Source: Antedon mediterranea (lineage: Eukaryota > Animalia > Echinodermata). Taken from it: 64,000 bases of DNA. Within the stretch, counting starts at the first letter, position 1. Every line of letters begins with the position of its first letter. Below the pieces are notes generated by a model, which had not been told where the DNA came from, did no database searches, and saw only the letters and a list, made by a program, of their open reading frames with translations. Where the stretch lies: NCBI RefSeq assembly GCF_964355755.1, contig NC_092672.1, positions 9,734,001 through 9,798,000 on the forward strand, read 5' to 3'. Made by a program: the position numbers and the translations under genes. Positions 63,782 through 64,000 of this stretch are shown one piece after another.

Positions 63782-64000
63782 TACAAAGTTATGGATGAAG
63801 AGTGACAAGAGCACATCATTTTTAGAGTGGTATTGACCCAAAACAAGTTGGTTACATCCCACAACAGATAAAAGCTTGATATAGGGCCAATACCCTCGAA
63901 AAAGAGTATAATCATCCTACACTAGGTATGCTACAATACTTTTGCCATTATGAGGAAAACAGTTGTTAGTTTTTACATAAAATTGGTCGTAAAATGGGCA

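Overview
AT-rich eukaryotic (animal) genomic DNA with GT-AG introns. An invertebrate deuterostome such as an echinoderm is plausible, but this is inferred from gene content and composition only. I reconstructed five complete protein-coding genes by hand, checking splice sites and codon phase. (1) + strand MS4A/CD20-like four-TM protein, 6 coding exons, 239 aa. (2) - strand intronless ELOVL6-like elongase. (3) - strand KIF22/Kid chromokinesin, 12 coding exons, 597 aa. (4) - strand signal peptide-JmjC-EF-hand-KDEL protein, 9 coding exons, 531 aa. (5) - strand single-coding-exon TRIM (RING-BB-CC-filamin-NHL), 845 aa. A probable first exon of a divergent + strand gene lies at 50729. Introns and spacers hold a 5-kb foldback element with nested insertions, a non-autonomous Helitron, an RTE LINE fragment, several MITEs, tRNA-derived SINEs and a nested minisatellite. 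The most notable observations are the predicted ER-luminal JmjC/EF-hand/KDEL oxygenase, four 25-33 bp palindromes each flanked by an exact 7-bp duplication (candidate P-superfamily excision footprints), two minimal hammerhead ribozymes, and tandem kB sites with a possibly shared promoter for the TRIM and JmjC genes. No database search or folding computation was run.
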